Below are positions 9,478 to 19,108 of a stretch of DNA of 64,000 nucleotides, piece by piece; the first letter of the stretch is position 1, and each line of letters starts with the position of its first letter. A model generated the notes under the pieces. That model was not told the origin of the DNA. It worked only from the letters and a program-made list of their open reading frames with translations, and made no database searches. The DNA is from an uncultured Candidatus Saccharibacteria bacterium. GTDB taxonomy: Bacteria; Patescibacteriota; Minisyncoccia; Phycocordibacterales; UBA9973. The DNA lies in assembly GCA_964631935.1 (NCBI GenBank), contig CAZWAV010000001.1:291595-355594 (forward strand), in the 5' to 3' direction. The translations under genes were made by a program, and so were the position numbers.

Positions 9478-9513
9478 AAAGCCCCATTTGCTTTAAGCAA
9501 ACGGGGTTTTATG
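9478..9513. terminator. Imperfect hairpin (gccccatttgc...gcaaacggggt) with T-runs in the divergent rpmF/thrS intergenic region
   Basis: 10-11 bp stem with one G-U pair and U-rich flanks on both strands. Its function is unclear: it could terminate an upstream unit or act as a leader element. Confidence 0.3.
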
Positions 9514-9654
9514 TATTTATATTTTTCCTTGTGGGTTAGCAGATGTGGCAAGGCCATTTATTAATCTACCATTGTGTACATAATACCATATATTTATTAT
9601 ATTGTCAATAATAATACTTCTTTTAAAATAAGGCTTTTATGCTATTATGAAAAG

Positions 9655-11403
9655 ATGGAAAATAATGAACATTTGGCACATATTCGCCACTCACTCGCCC
9701 ACTTACTAGGTGCATCTGTTATGGAACTCTACCCAGGATCTAAGCTAACGCTTGGTCCTGCCATAGATAATGGTTTCTATTACGACATAGATGTAGCGGG
9801 AAAAATAACCGATAGCGACCTAGAAAAGATCGAGACTAAAATGCGTGAACTTCTAAAGACTTGGAATGGCTTTGAGAAAAAAGTTACAACAAAGAAAGAT
9901 GCCGATCAAATATTTGCTGGTAATGAATATAAAGAAGAGTTGATAAAAGGAATAGTAGAGAAGGGTGAAGAGATAACACTCTATACTTCAGGAAATTTTA
10001 CTGATCTATGTCGTGGTGGTCACGTAGAGAGCCCAGTCAAAGATATTAAACCAGATTCATTCAAGCTTGATCGAGTGGCTGGCGCATATTGGCGAGGAAG
10101 TGAAGAAAATAAAATGCTTACTCGTGTTTATGGTCTCGCATTTGAAACTAAAAAAGACTTAGAGGATTATATTGCATTGCAAGAAGAAGCAAAAAAACGC
10201 GACCATAGAAAGCTTGGGGCTGAAATGGAAATATTCTCTTTCTCCGACTACGTTGGGCCAGGACTTCCGCTTTGGTTACCAAATGGTGCAGCAATTACCG
10301 AAGAATTAGAAAAACTAGCAAAAGAAACTGAATTCCTTGGAGGATACAAACAAGTTCGTACTCCTCATATTGCCAAGGAGTCTATGTATGTAACTTCTGG
10401 CCACCTTCCCTACTACGAAGAATCAATGTACCCTCCGATGGAATACGAAGGTGGTAAGTATTATTTAAAAGCCATGAATTGCCCGCATCACCACCAGATA
10501 TTTGCAGCTGGAGCACGAAGTTACCGTGATTTACCTCTTAGACTTGCTGAATATGGGACTGTATATCGCCATGAAAAATCTGGAGAACTTTTTGGTCTTA
10601 TGCGAGTACGATCACTGTCTATGAACGACGCACATATATATTGTACCGAGGATCAATTCGCCGATGAATTCCGTGCAGTGAATGATATGTACTTAAAATA
10701 TTTTAAAATTTTCGGTATTGATAAGTACGTCATGCGATTCTCTACTCATGACCCAGAGAAATTGGGAGAAAAATATGTAGATGATGCAAAACTTTGGAAA
10801 AAAACAGAAGATATGGTTCGCAATGTTTTAATTGAATCAAAAATCCCATACATCGAAGTCCCTAACGAAGCAGCTTTCTACGGTCCAAAAATCGACGTAC
10901 AGGTATGGAGCGCAATTGGTCGTGAATTTACTCTTGCAACAAATCAAGTAGACTTTGCCGTACCAGCACGATTCGGACTTACCTATGCGTCATCTGAAGG
11001 TAAAGCAGAGACACCCCTTTGTATTCATCGTGCACCTCTTGGTACCCATGAGAGATTTACAGGATTCCTTATTGAACACTATGCAGGAATATTTCCAACA
11101 TGGCTCTCACCTGTCCAAGCATCTATTATCCCTGTCCGAGAAGAACATGCAGATGAAGCAGAGAAAGTCTTCACTGCGCTTCATAATGAATTCATCCGTG
11201 TAGAAAAAATTGGCGGTAATGATTCATTAGGAAAAAGAATACACCAGGCTAAAAAAATGAATACTCCATATGTAATAATCTTGGGAGATAAAGAAAAAGA
11301 ATCCGGAATGCTAACAATAGAAAAGCGTGATGGAACAAAAGTTCAAATGACACTAGAAGACTTCACTACTCACATAAAACAAGAAATTAAAAACCGCTCG
11401 TAA
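9655..11403 (+). CDS. thrS: Threonyl-tRNA synthetase lacking the N-terminal TGS domain
   Basis: Starts at internal Met (MENNEHLAHIRHSLAHLLG, the HxxxH editing-domain motif). Class II motifs are present (HRKLG, RVRSLSMNDAHIY) plus a C-terminal anticodon-binding domain. The 27 codons upstream in the track ORF look non-coding. Confidence 0.85.
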   Translation: MENNEHLAHIRHSLAHLLGASVMELYPGSKLTLGPAIDNGFYYDIDVAGKITDSDLEKIETKMRELLKTWNGFEKKVTTKKDADQIFAGNEYKEELIKGIVEKGEEITLYTSGNFTDLCRGGHVESPVKDIKPDSFKLDRVAGAYWRGSEENKMLTRVYGLAFETKKDLEDYIALQEEAKKRDHRKLGAEMEIFSFSDYVGPGLPLWLPNGAAITEELEKLAKETEFLGGYKQVRTPHIAKESMYVTSGHLPYYEESMYPPMEYEGGKYYLKAMNCPHHHQIFAAGARSYRDLPLRLAEYGTVYRHEKSGELFGLMRVRSLSMNDAHIYCTEDQFADEFRAVNDMYLKYFKIFGIDKYVMRFSTHDPEKLGEKYVDDAKLWKKTEDMVRNVLIESKIPYIEVPNEAAFYGPKIDVQVWSAIGREFTLATNQVDFAVPARFGLTYASSEGKAETPLCIHRAPLGTHERFTGFLIEHYAGIFPTWLSPVQASIIPVREEHADEAEKVFTALHNEFIRVEKIGGNDSLGKRIHQAKKMNTPYVIILGDKEKESGMLTIEKRDGTKVQMTLEDFTTHIKQEIKNRS

Positions 11404-11416
11404 GAGCGGTTTTTAA
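11390..11416 (+). terminator. Rho-independent terminator of thrS (aaaccgctc-gtaa-gagcggttttt)
   Basis: Stem at 11393-11399 and 11404-11410 encloses the thrS stop codon, followed by a T5 run. Confidence 0.5.
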
Positions 11417-11419
11417 TTT

Positions 11420-11905
11420 CTATAGATAATTTATTTTTATACCTAGGCGTTGTGCTTCGTTATGTTCCCATTTAGCACCTTTTGATGTTTCCCAATTTGG
11501 CATAAAATAAAACTCTGATACATAACCGGACTCAAATATTGGTATATAAAAGTCAGTCATAATACTATCTGGATATACTCCCTTTGAGAGGTTAAACTTT
11601 ATTACTTGCATTGGCCATTCAAATGGCATTTGATCAAAAACATTTAACCCTTTGTCTTGGAGAGATCTTATGGTCTCATCAAAAGCTTTTAAATTATCCT
11701 CAACATTACCCAATCCTCCAGTTCCAATAGGGCCACAAACCTGCACTATCGGTTGAGGCATTATTTTCAAAATTTTATCAGCAATTAAATATAACTCTTT
11801 AAAATCTTTAGCATTCTTCACGGCCTCAAGGTCTACTTCGGTCCAATATTTTGCTGTGTGATAATTATCTACCATCCTAGATATCCAAGTTTGCCATCTT
11901 GGCAT
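11420..11905 (-). CDS. Hypothetical protein, possibly of the nucleoside 2-deoxyribosyltransferase-like (DUF4406-like) fold
   Basis: The start is set at the internal Met (MPRWQ...) to avoid translating through the gyrB 3' end. The core IVQVCGPIGTGGLGNVEDNLKAFDETIRSLQDKGLNVFDQMPFE resembles the Rossmann-like signature of DUF4406/NDT-like proteins. This assignment is weak. Confidence 0.4.
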   Translation of the reverse strand: MPRWQTWISRMVDNYHTAKYWTEVDLEAVKNAKDFKELYLIADKILKIMPQPIVQVCGPIGTGGLGNVEDNLKAFDETIRSLQDKGLNVFDQMPFEWPMQVIKFNLSKGVYPDSIMTDFYIPIFESGYVSEFYFMPNWETSKGAKWEHNEAQRLGIKINYL

Positions 11906-13994
11906 TAGATTGTATGAAGGCTTTACGAGGGGGGACTTCAGAACCCATGAGCATATCAAATACTTTATTAGCATCTTCGGCGTCTGTGATAGCCACTTGC
12001 TTAAGTATTCGTCGAGCAGGATCCATCGTAGTTTCCCATAGTTCTTCAGAGTTCATCTCTCCGAGACCTTTATATCTTTGAATATGTATCTTATTCTTTT
12101 TCTTTGCTTTTTTATCTTCTTCCTCTGGTTCTTCTTGTTCGCTCTCCCCTGCTTCATTCTCTTCATTTGCGGATTCTGTTAGAAGTTCTTCAAGTGATGG
12201 AGCATCTTTACCAAGAAGCAAATCTCTTTCTTCGTCAGAATAAGCATAGAGTATTTCTTTGCCTATTTTTATTTTAAACAATGGAGGTTGTGCAATATAT
12301 ACATACCCTGCATCAAGCACAGCTCTGAAGTATCGATACATTAGAGTAAGAATAAGAGTACGGATGTGTGCTCCGTCTACGTCGGCATCTGTAGCAATGA
12401 TTATCTTGTGATAGCGCATCTTACCAAGATCAAAAGTATCCCCAATAGAAGTACCCATAGCGATAACAAGATTTTTAATCTGCTCAGAACCAAGCATACG
12501 ATCAAGACGTGCGCGTTCAACGTTAAGAATTTTTCCACGGAGAGGAAGAATAGCTTGCGTCTTTCTATCACGTCCCATTTTAGCTGTACCACCCGCTGAA
12601 TCTCCCTCCACAATGAATAGTTCAGAATCCTCAGCACTCTTACTCTGACAGTCAGCAAGCTTACCTGGAAGAGTCATTCCTTCAAGAGCACCCTTACGGA
12701 GCACTGAATCTTTGGCAGCTTTAGCAGCTTTACGCGCACGGAGAGCAAGAATTGATTTATTTATTATGTATTTAGCTTCATCTGGATTCTCCTCTAAGAA
12801 GTTCGAGAAAGCATCACCAAAAACGGTTGCAACTGCACCTTGGGCTTCAGTGGATCCGAGCTTTGCTTTTGTTTGACCTTCAAATTGGATTTCGCGAAGT
12901 TTTACAGAAACTACAACCATAAGACCTTCCAATACGTCATCTCCAGTAAAAGCTCCATCTGCCTCTTTAATCATATTGTTTTTCTTACTGTATGTGTTGA
13001 GTACGCGAGTAAGAGCAGTCTTAAATCCTGTTATATGTGTACCACCTTCTGGGTTATAGATATTGTTCGCAAATGGCACAATATGAGCATTCACGTCATC
13101 TACATACTGGAGAGCTATTTCCACGCCAACATCATCAAGTTCGCGTTCGACATAAAATACTGTTTGGTGTATAACTTTTTGTGTTTTATTATAAAATTTT
13201 ACAAGTGACACCAATCCCCCTTCGAAATAAAATGTGGTCTTAGGAACCTCAAGACCCATCTCAGAAAACCAGTAAACATCTTCATCATTAAGGATTCCTT
13301 TATCTTTTGTGAGTGTTGCTTTAGCGAAAGATTCATCGCGAGCATCTATAATATCAATACGTAGGCCCTTCACAAGATAAGCTTGCTGGCGTAGGTGGTT
13401 TATTATTGTGTTCCAGTCAAATTTAACTTGTTTAAAAATTTCTTCATCTGGAGTAAATGTTATTATTGTACCGTGATTTTTAGAAATGCCAACTTTCTTT
13501 ACAGCAGCCTTTCTTAAACCTTTCGAATATTCTTGGATATATTTACCTCCGTCGCGATGGACTTCAGCTTTTGTATATATAGATAGTGCATTAACCACTG
13601 ACGCTCCGACCCCATGAAGACCTCCCGATACTTTATATCCACTATCATCTCCGCCGAATTTACCCCCAGCATGAAGAGTGGTCATAACAGTTTCTAACGC
13701 TGAAACTTTTGTTTTTGAATGCACATCAACAGGTATACCGCGACCATTGTCTACTACTCGAACAGAATTACCTGGCAAAAGAGTAACCTCAATATGATCA
13801 GCAAATCCACCCATGGCTTCATCTCGTGAGTTATCGAAAATTTCCCAGACTAAGTGATGTAGTCCATCAATACCAGTTGAACCAATATACATTCCTGGGC
13901 GACGACGTACCGGTTCAAGACCTTCTAGGACTGAAATCTGGTCGGCTCCGTAATTAGGGTCTTTTTTTTTCTTTTTTTCTTCTTCTTTGGCCAT
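11877..13994 (-). CDS. gyrB: DNA gyrase subunit B
   Basis: 705 aa. GHKL ATPase motifs (LHHLVWEIFDNSRDEAMGG, VVDNGRGIPVD, GLHGVGASVVNALS), Toprim (FIVEGDSAGG, IIIATDADVDGAHI) and a C-terminal acidic insertion are present. No gyrA is adjacent. Confidence 0.9.
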   Translation of the reverse strand: MAKEEEKKKKKDPNYGADQISVLEGLEPVRRRPGMYIGSTGIDGLHHLVWEIFDNSRDEAMGGFADHIEVTLLPGNSVRVVDNGRGIPVDVHSKTKVSALETVMTTLHAGGKFGGDDSGYKVSGGLHGVGASVVNALSIYTKAEVHRDGGKYIQEYSKGLRKAAVKKVGISKNHGTIITFTPDEEIFKQVKFDWNTIINHLRQQAYLVKGLRIDIIDARDESFAKATLTKDKGILNDEDVYWFSEMGLEVPKTTFYFEGGLVSLVKFYNKTQKVIHQTVFYVERELDDVGVEIALQYVDDVNAHIVPFANNIYNPEGGTHITGFKTALTRVLNTYSKKNNMIKEADGAFTGDDVLEGLMVVVSVKLREIQFEGQTKAKLGSTEAQGAVATVFGDAFSNFLEENPDEAKYIINKSILALRARKAAKAAKDSVLRKGALEGMTLPGKLADCQSKSAEDSELFIVEGDSAGGTAKMGRDRKTQAILPLRGKILNVERARLDRMLGSEQIKNLVIAMGTSIGDTFDLGKMRYHKIIIATDADVDGAHIRTLILTLMYRYFRAVLDAGYVYIAQPPLFKIKIGKEILYAYSDEERDLLLGKDAPSLEELLTESANEENEAGESEQEEPEEEDKKAKKKNKIHIQRYKGLGEMNSEELWETTMDPARRILKQVAITDAEDANKVFDMLMGSEVPPRKAFIQSNAKMANLDI

Positions 13995-14046
13995 TGGAAT
14001 AATTTAAAAATACTCATCAATTATAGCAAAAATCAATGCTAAAAGA

Positions 14047-14062
14047 AAGGGCTTAAGCCCTT
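14047..14062 (-). terminator. Perfect palindrome aagggctt/aagccctt downstream of the surface-operon SBP gene and upstream of gyrB
   Basis: 16-nt perfect inverted repeat with a U-rich tract on the minus strand. Confidence 0.35.
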
Positions 14063-14097
14063 ATGTAGCAACACTTTTTTAGTAATTTGGCACCATG

Positions 14098-15201
14098 CTA
14101 ACCTTGAATGTCTTTTATCTTTTCTTTGATGTCTTGCTCAAGATCTTTAACATGATTTAACTCGTCCATAAGCCCAGCGCTTGTACTCTCAAGCTCAGCT
14201 ATTTCTTCTTTGAGTTCGCTAACTGCATTTGTCTTTCTACTATATCTAAATGGAAAGTATCCACTTCTTCTTCGTAAAGAAAAAATTACCACCAAGATAA
14301 TAATACCCAATAATAAATATATTATAATCGTATTCATATTTTCTAATATATATGAGATGAATGGATTTTTGTTTGTCTTTTCATTCGGTAAGACAACCCA
14401 TTTGTCATTTAGAATTTTGCGATCATTAGTGCTTATTTGCTGTAAGCCTTTATCTAATATTGATTGTAATATCTCTTTATCTTTTGGTACAGCGAAAGAT
14501 AGTTTATATTCAAAACCAGTACTTCCTACAACTTTCACACTATTTAGGACTTGCTTAGAAAGATAGTAAGACAGAGATGTAATATCCATAATGGCCGCAT
14601 CAACTTCACCGAGCACTACTTGCTGGAGACCTGACTCATCGTCTATGACTGACTCAATAACAACCCTTGGATTATTTGTACGTACAAATCCTTCAACTGC
14701 ATAATCTTTGCCTATCGCTACTTTTTTGCCAGAAAGGTCGCCTAGGGTCACAGTATTCCCTTCATCTAGATCTTTACGGACGACAATAACCGCAGGGCTA
14801 GTAACATAATTATCCGAGAAATATAAAATATCTTCCCTTTCTTTTGTGCTCGCCAGAGAACTAATAATATCTCCTTTTTTGTTTTGTCTGACATCGTCAA
14901 GTATCTGAGATAGCGGTCGAGCAGGTAGGTACTCAATTTTCGCTCCTATTTTCTTTGCAATTAATTCAATATAATCAATAGATAGACCTTGTGGTGCACC
15001 GGATGAATTTTGATAAGAGTATGGCGGAAAATTTTTCTCAGGATATACAACAATAGTATTATTGCGAGATTTAAGCCACAAATTCTCTTGTGGATTTAGA
15101 ATGGTATTTTCAGCATTTCCAGTAAAAGGAATGGCTAATAAGAAAAAGAGTGCAAGTAAAGTATGGCCAAAAAGTCGCCTCATATCAGAATATTCTATCA
15201 T
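14098..15201 (-). CDS. Membrane-tethered solute-binding protein (SBP family 3, amino-acid-binding type) with C-terminal TM helix and coiled-coil tail
   Basis: 367 aa with an N-terminal signal peptide. The periplasmic-binding fold (IVVYPEKNFPPYSY..GLSIDYIELIAKKIG) is followed by a hydrophobic helix (IIIYLLLGIIILVVIFSL) and a charged coiled-coil (ELKEEIAELESTSAGLMDELNH). It is the last gene of the surface array. Confidence 0.65.
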   Translation of the reverse strand: MIEYSDMRRLFGHTLLALFFLLAIPFTGNAENTILNPQENLWLKSRNNTIVVYPEKNFPPYSYQNSSGAPQGLSIDYIELIAKKIGAKIEYLPARPLSQILDDVRQNKKGDIISSLASTKEREDILYFSDNYVTSPAVIVVRKDLDEGNTVTLGDLSGKKVAIGKDYAVEGFVRTNNPRVVIESVIDDESGLQQVVLGEVDAAIMDITSLSYYLSKQVLNSVKVVGSTGFEYKLSFAVPKDKEILQSILDKGLQQISTNDRKILNDKWVVLPNEKTNKNPFISYILENMNTIIIYLLLGIIILVVIFSLRRRSGYFPFRYSRKTNAVSELKEEIAELESTSAGLMDELNHVKDLEQDIKEKIKDIQG

Positions 15202-15203
15202 AT

Positions 15204-16319
15204 TTAATACTTTTTTTCAGCATCAAACACCGCTTGTTTATCGTCGGCCATAGCCTTATCTTGGCGTTCCAATTTATGTTGAGTTAGTTCAATCTCCTCT
15301 TCCTCTAATCCCATTTTTCTCTTCATAATTCTCATGCGTCTTGATGAATACCAAGGTATAAAGTAGACAATCATAGCAAGGCCAACAATAGGTATGAGTA
15401 GTATTAATATATTTATAAACACGATGAGGCCTTTGATAATTTTACTATCATTAACAAATAGTTGGACTCCGAGACCTGGCTTATCTGTATTAGTGTCGCT
15501 ATCTACAAGAAAGGGAGTTGCATTATAAACTCCGGCTACTAAATTGTTTGGTGTAGTATATTCAAACAATCCTTTTTCATTATTCTTTACTAAGACATCA
15601 GAAAGTCTTTTCTTTTTTGATTGGATGAAATCCATAAACTGTTCACCAAATGATTTATGAGAAACATCTTCAAAAGAAATTTTAGTTAAAGCATCCGGTT
15701 CCCCTTTACCTTTTAGATAAACTTTATCTTTAGAATTAACAGCAGGAGAATAATCTGTGATGACAGGCAGGGCTAATGTCTTTTTTGTATTTGATTGAGC
15801 AATTGGTTTATTGGTAATTAAATCTAGAGCTCCAGACCCTAAAATATTAAAGCTCGTAGGATTTAGGCTAGCTATTATATTAGTACCTAATCCATCATTA
15901 GCAAGAAGTGCCCCGTCTGAAAATGACACTGTAGCAAATCCTCTTTTCTTAGCTTGAAAAGTAACATGGAAAATAGTCCCCTTTTCACCTTGATATCCAG
16001 GATTAAGTATGACACCTTCAAATGAAATTTTGTTACGTTGAATTAGTGGATCACGAGTCCAAATGTTTAAAATACTATTATCTCTTGAGATAGATATTGT
16101 TTTTAGTAAATCTTCTGGGAATGTCAGTGTACCTGAGACTGCATTGATAGCTTGGTTTGGAGATCCTACTTTGACGTCAATTGTTATAGACTCACCTTCA
16201 CTTACGCTAACAGAGGACTTTGTTATAAAAAGAGAAGCAGATGAAGCATAGGTAGTGGTAGTACTACATAAAATTGTTATTAAAACACTATAGACTATAG
16301 CTTTTATGTAATATTTCAT
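15204..16319 (-). CDS. Type-I membrane protein with N-terminal cohesin-like beta-sandwich domain
   Basis: Start chosen at internal MKYYIK, which gives a 4-nt overlap with the upstream stop. Signal peptide is present, then a cohesin-like pattern (ITIDVKVGSP.QAINAVSGTLTFPEDLL...ISFEGVIL...IFHVTFQAKKRGFATVSFSDGALLANDG), a C-terminal TM helix and a charged cytoplasmic tail. It is a paralog of the next gene. Confidence 0.55.
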   Translation of the reverse strand: MKYYIKAIVYSVLITILCSTTTTYASSASLFITKSSVSVSEGESITIDVKVGSPNQAINAVSGTLTFPEDLLKTISISRDNSILNIWTRDPLIQRNKISFEGVILNPGYQGEKGTIFHVTFQAKKRGFATVSFSDGALLANDGLGTNIIASLNPTSFNILGSGALDLITNKPIAQSNTKKTLALPVITDYSPAVNSKDKVYLKGKGEPDALTKISFEDVSHKSFGEQFMDFIQSKKKRLSDVLVKNNEKGLFEYTTPNNLVAGVYNATPFLVDSDTNTDKPGLGVQLFVNDSKIIKGLIVFINILILLIPIVGLAMIVYFIPWYSSRRMRIMKRKMGLEEEEIELTQHKLERQDKAMADDKQAVFDAEKKY

Positions 16320-17194
16320 CTTCTTCTTTTTACCACAAAAAATATAAAGTAACAAGCTCCACATAGAATTATTATTATAAATAACTGCAAACTAGACAAT
16401 ATTCCAGGTATTTCTATTTCGGCTTGTTGTGCATTACCATAGAAATCAAGAGCTCGTATCGTGAGTGTCGTTTTCACTAATCCTTTTGAAGTAGGTAGCG
16501 GACTTGTAACATCTTTCCATGAATTATTTCCTTGGTGCATTTGGTATTTTTCTACGCCAGAACTTTTGTCTGTAGTCATGAAAATAACCATAGATGGTGT
16601 TCTTGAGAAAAGACCTTCTTCGATATATTCTATGGTGAACGGTTCAGGTGGTTCTGTGTCTTTGATTTCAGTTTTATCTATAGGTAAATCATTAGGTAAT
16701 ATTGTGATTTGGGTATTATTATTCTGATGCAGAAGAGGAGCACCTAACCCATCATTCTTTAGAATTAGAGAATCAGTTATTACAAATTTTGCATCTCCAG
16801 GTTTTTCAGCTAGGAAAAGTAATTGAATTATGGGTACTGGTTGCAATCCTTCCTTGTCTGGGTCATAAAGACCATCTATGCCTCCAGGTATAATCCCGCT
16901 AAAATGTATCAATCCACCTGATTCAACAGGAGTTACTAACCATAATTTTTTTATAGAACCTTCTTCTTTGTAACCTTTAAATGTTAATAAATCTTTAGGG
17001 TAAGACATAGTTATATCTACAGAATTTATCGGCACACCATCTGTATCTAAATTAACAGATATAGAAAAAGTCTTTCCTGTATTTAAGTTATCAGGTGCGA
17101 CAATAGACAAGTCGGCAGCAATAGCCATAGACTTGTAACTAAAAAATATTATTATGATGAGTAGAAATTTTTTCATAAATATTAACCAGTCCAA
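16316..17194 (-). CDS. Type-I membrane protein with cohesin-like domain (paralog)
   Basis: 292 aa. Signal peptide, cohesin-like segment (FSISVNLDTDGVPINSVDITMSYPKDLLTF...IHFSGIIPGG...LLFLAEKPGDAKFVITDSLILKNDG) and a C-terminal TM helix followed by KRRR. Confidence 0.55.
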   Translation of the reverse strand: MDWLIFMKKFLLIIIIFFSYKSMAIAADLSIVAPDNLNTGKTFSISVNLDTDGVPINSVDITMSYPKDLLTFKGYKEEGSIKKLWLVTPVESGGLIHFSGIIPGGIDGLYDPDKEGLQPVPIIQLLFLAEKPGDAKFVITDSLILKNDGLGAPLLHQNNNTQITILPNDLPIDKTEIKDTEPPEPFTIEYIEEGLFSRTPSMVIFMTTDKSSGVEKYQMHQGNNSWKDVTSPLPTSKGLVKTTLTIRALDFYGNAQQAEIEIPGILSSLQLFIIIILCGACYFIFFVVKRRR

Positions 17195-18063
17195 TAAAAA
17201 GCGAGAATCGAGAAGTCGACAAGGTTGATAATATTGTCATTATTTGTATCTATGCAAGCAGGTGAATTTGATTTACCGTACCAAAAAGCCATAACTGAAA
17301 AATCAACTAAATTAATGACCTGATCGGCATTACAATCTCCTGGTATATTTGTAATTAGATCAATACTAGGTATATTCAAATCTCCAACTGTAAAACTGAC
17401 AACTTTACTAATTCTTTTGTCATCTTTATAATTTACATGTAAATTATAATTCCCTTTTTGTAGATCTAGTAGCGGTATAGTGATTTGATATACACCATCT
17501 GTATTGCTTGTAAGACTAAAGTCCTTATCTTGTAATCCATAAATAGAAAGGTCTATTTTTTGGTTTGGCTGAGCATATCCAGATACTGTTATATAATCAC
17601 CAAATTTAACTTCTGTTTTATCTATTGAAATAGTTGGCGCGAAACGAATACCAGAAACTTGTGTCATGTACCCAGTTTTTATAACAATGGGATAGTTTAA
17701 AAGCAATGACCTTCTGTTTAATTTATCAAAAGCATAGAGTGTGTAGAGTGCATTAGGACTATATACCTCACCTAATGTAATCGTAAAATATCCACTATTG
17801 TCAGCTGTAGTTGTTGTCTTAGGAGTACCATCTTTCCACACATGAACAACAGCCTGGGGATAAGCATAGCCTGAAAAAGTTAAGCTCGTGAGGGAACCAC
17901 TACCACCTCCATTATCTGTCGTTGGTGTAGAAGTTGTTGCTCCTACAGTAGCAGACACATTTACTAATGCTGTATCGATAATATCTGTCGCAAAAACTAT
18001 TTGCGTATTAAGCACAAACAATATCAAACATATGAGTATGTTGAAATATTTTTTACTATACAT
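17182..18063 (-). CDS. Secreted protein with two Ig/carboxypeptidase-regulatory-like beta domains and a C-terminal type-I dockerin module
   Basis: 293 aa. The C-terminus has two canonical Ca-binding loops DxNxDxxIxxxD followed by helices (DCNADQVINLVDFSVMAFWYG and DTNNDNIINLVDFSILAFYWTG). It overlaps both neighbours, indicating translational coupling. Confidence 0.7.
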   Translation of the reverse strand: MYSKKYFNILICLILFVLNTQIVFATDIIDTALVNVSATVGATTSTPTTDNGGGSGSLTSLTFSGYAYPQAVVHVWKDGTPKTTTTADNSGYFTITLGEVYSPNALYTLYAFDKLNRRSLLLNYPIVIKTGYMTQVSGIRFAPTISIDKTEVKFGDYITVSGYAQPNQKIDLSIYGLQDKDFSLTSNTDGVYQITIPLLDLQKGNYNLHVNYKDDKRISKVVSFTVGDLNIPSIDLITNIPGDCNADQVINLVDFSVMAFWYGKSNSPACIDTNNDNIINLVDFSILAFYWTG

Positions 18064-19087
18064 GGTTGGCTTCGTTTTGTGTATTGTTCATACCAACACG
18101 AGCCTTTTGTATAATATGTCTATTGTATCGTCGTATAAGCTTTCTTCCTCCCCAAAATACGATTATAAATATAACAAGAAGACATATGAGTAGCTGCCAT
18201 GGGAACACAAAGAAGAATGCTGTTTTACTAACACGCGTAGCATTTGTTCCGTACAAAAGGCTCATCTTTGCAAAATAAGGGCCGAAAGCAAAGTTGTGCC
18301 ATTCATAAAGTGCTTGATTAAAAAATTGATTAATCTTTCCAGTAGGGGCAACATAATCTTTGTCTCGCGGATTTTTCACCCAGTCTACAGTAAAATGACG
18401 AGTGCTATTGGGTAAAATGTTACCCGATCCAGGGTTTGCATCTATTTTATCTTCAGGAATATATACTATGTCATGCATAGTAATTTTACCGACAGGTTTG
18501 ATACGATCTCCCCCATCGTTTTTGAAGCGATACTCAAAAGATACAGGCAATGTTGTATACCAAGTTTTATGATTTAGAGTAGAAAAAGATACTAAGCCAC
18601 CAGCTTCTTTTACATCGCCTGACACAGACAAAAGTACTAACATTCCAATTTTTGCACCAATAGAAACAGAAGATGCCCCTGTAACATTTGGAGTTGTCCC
18701 CCAAAAGACTGCAGCAAAATGACCCCCTGCTTCAGCGGTATTGGGAATATTTATACTAACTGGAACAATAATACTTTGTCCGGGTTTTAGAGCTACTGAT
18801 GTTTCAGTAGACATCCATTTATCAAGATCATCTTTGGATTCAGTGAATGCTGGATTGCCTGTTTCCCCTTGAGCTTCAAAGTTTGCAAATGATGAGTAGA
18901 AAATTTGAGTATTCTTCGTATCGTTTGTGAGTGTCATATCCTGCTTTACCGTCTCACCAGGATTCCCTTGTAACTCAACACGAGGAGGAGAAATAGATAG
19001 AGCATCCACCCTAAAAGGCCCTAGCAAAAGAACACCCGATATGATCGCAATCTGTAGAAGTATGCTTTTTGCAATTCGAGTGTTCAT
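18056..19087 (-). CDS. Secreted beta-rich protein with C-terminal TM anchor (DUF916-like architecture)
   Basis: 343 aa. Signal peptide, then LSISPPRVELQGNPGETVKQDMTLTNDTKNTQIFYSS, which resembles the N-terminus of DUF916/DUF3324 cell-surface proteins. A C-terminal hydrophobic helix is followed by a basic tail (RKLIRRYNRH). Confidence 0.45.
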   Translation of the reverse strand: MNTRIAKSILLQIAIISGVLLLGPFRVDALSISPPRVELQGNPGETVKQDMTLTNDTKNTQIFYSSFANFEAQGETGNPAFTESKDDLDKWMSTETSVALKPGQSIIVPVSINIPNTAEAGGHFAAVFWGTTPNVTGASSVSIGAKIGMLVLLSVSGDVKEAGGLVSFSTLNHKTWYTTLPVSFEYRFKNDGGDRIKPVGKITMHDIVYIPEDKIDANPGSGNILPNSTRHFTVDWVKNPRDKDYVAPTGKINQFFNQALYEWHNFAFGPYFAKMSLLYGTNATRVSKTAFFFVFPWQLLICLLVIFIIVFWGGRKLIRRYNRHIIQKARVGMNNTQNEANHV

Positions 19088-19108
19088 TATTCCCTGAATT
19101 CTATTTAA

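Noticed and set aside
9441-9654. Possible T-box or autoregulatory leader upstream of thrS
   Set aside because: There is no T-box consensus (no AATTAGGGTGGNACCGCG-like element) and no specifier-loop architecture. Only a single hairpin is present, which is reported as a low-confidence terminator.
12366-13208. ORFs antisense to gyrB (12366..12599 +, 12840..13208 +, 12401..12658 -)
   Set aside because: They are nested within the well-supported gyrB frame. The 12401..12658 minus-strand ORF is an alternative frame of gyrB itself.
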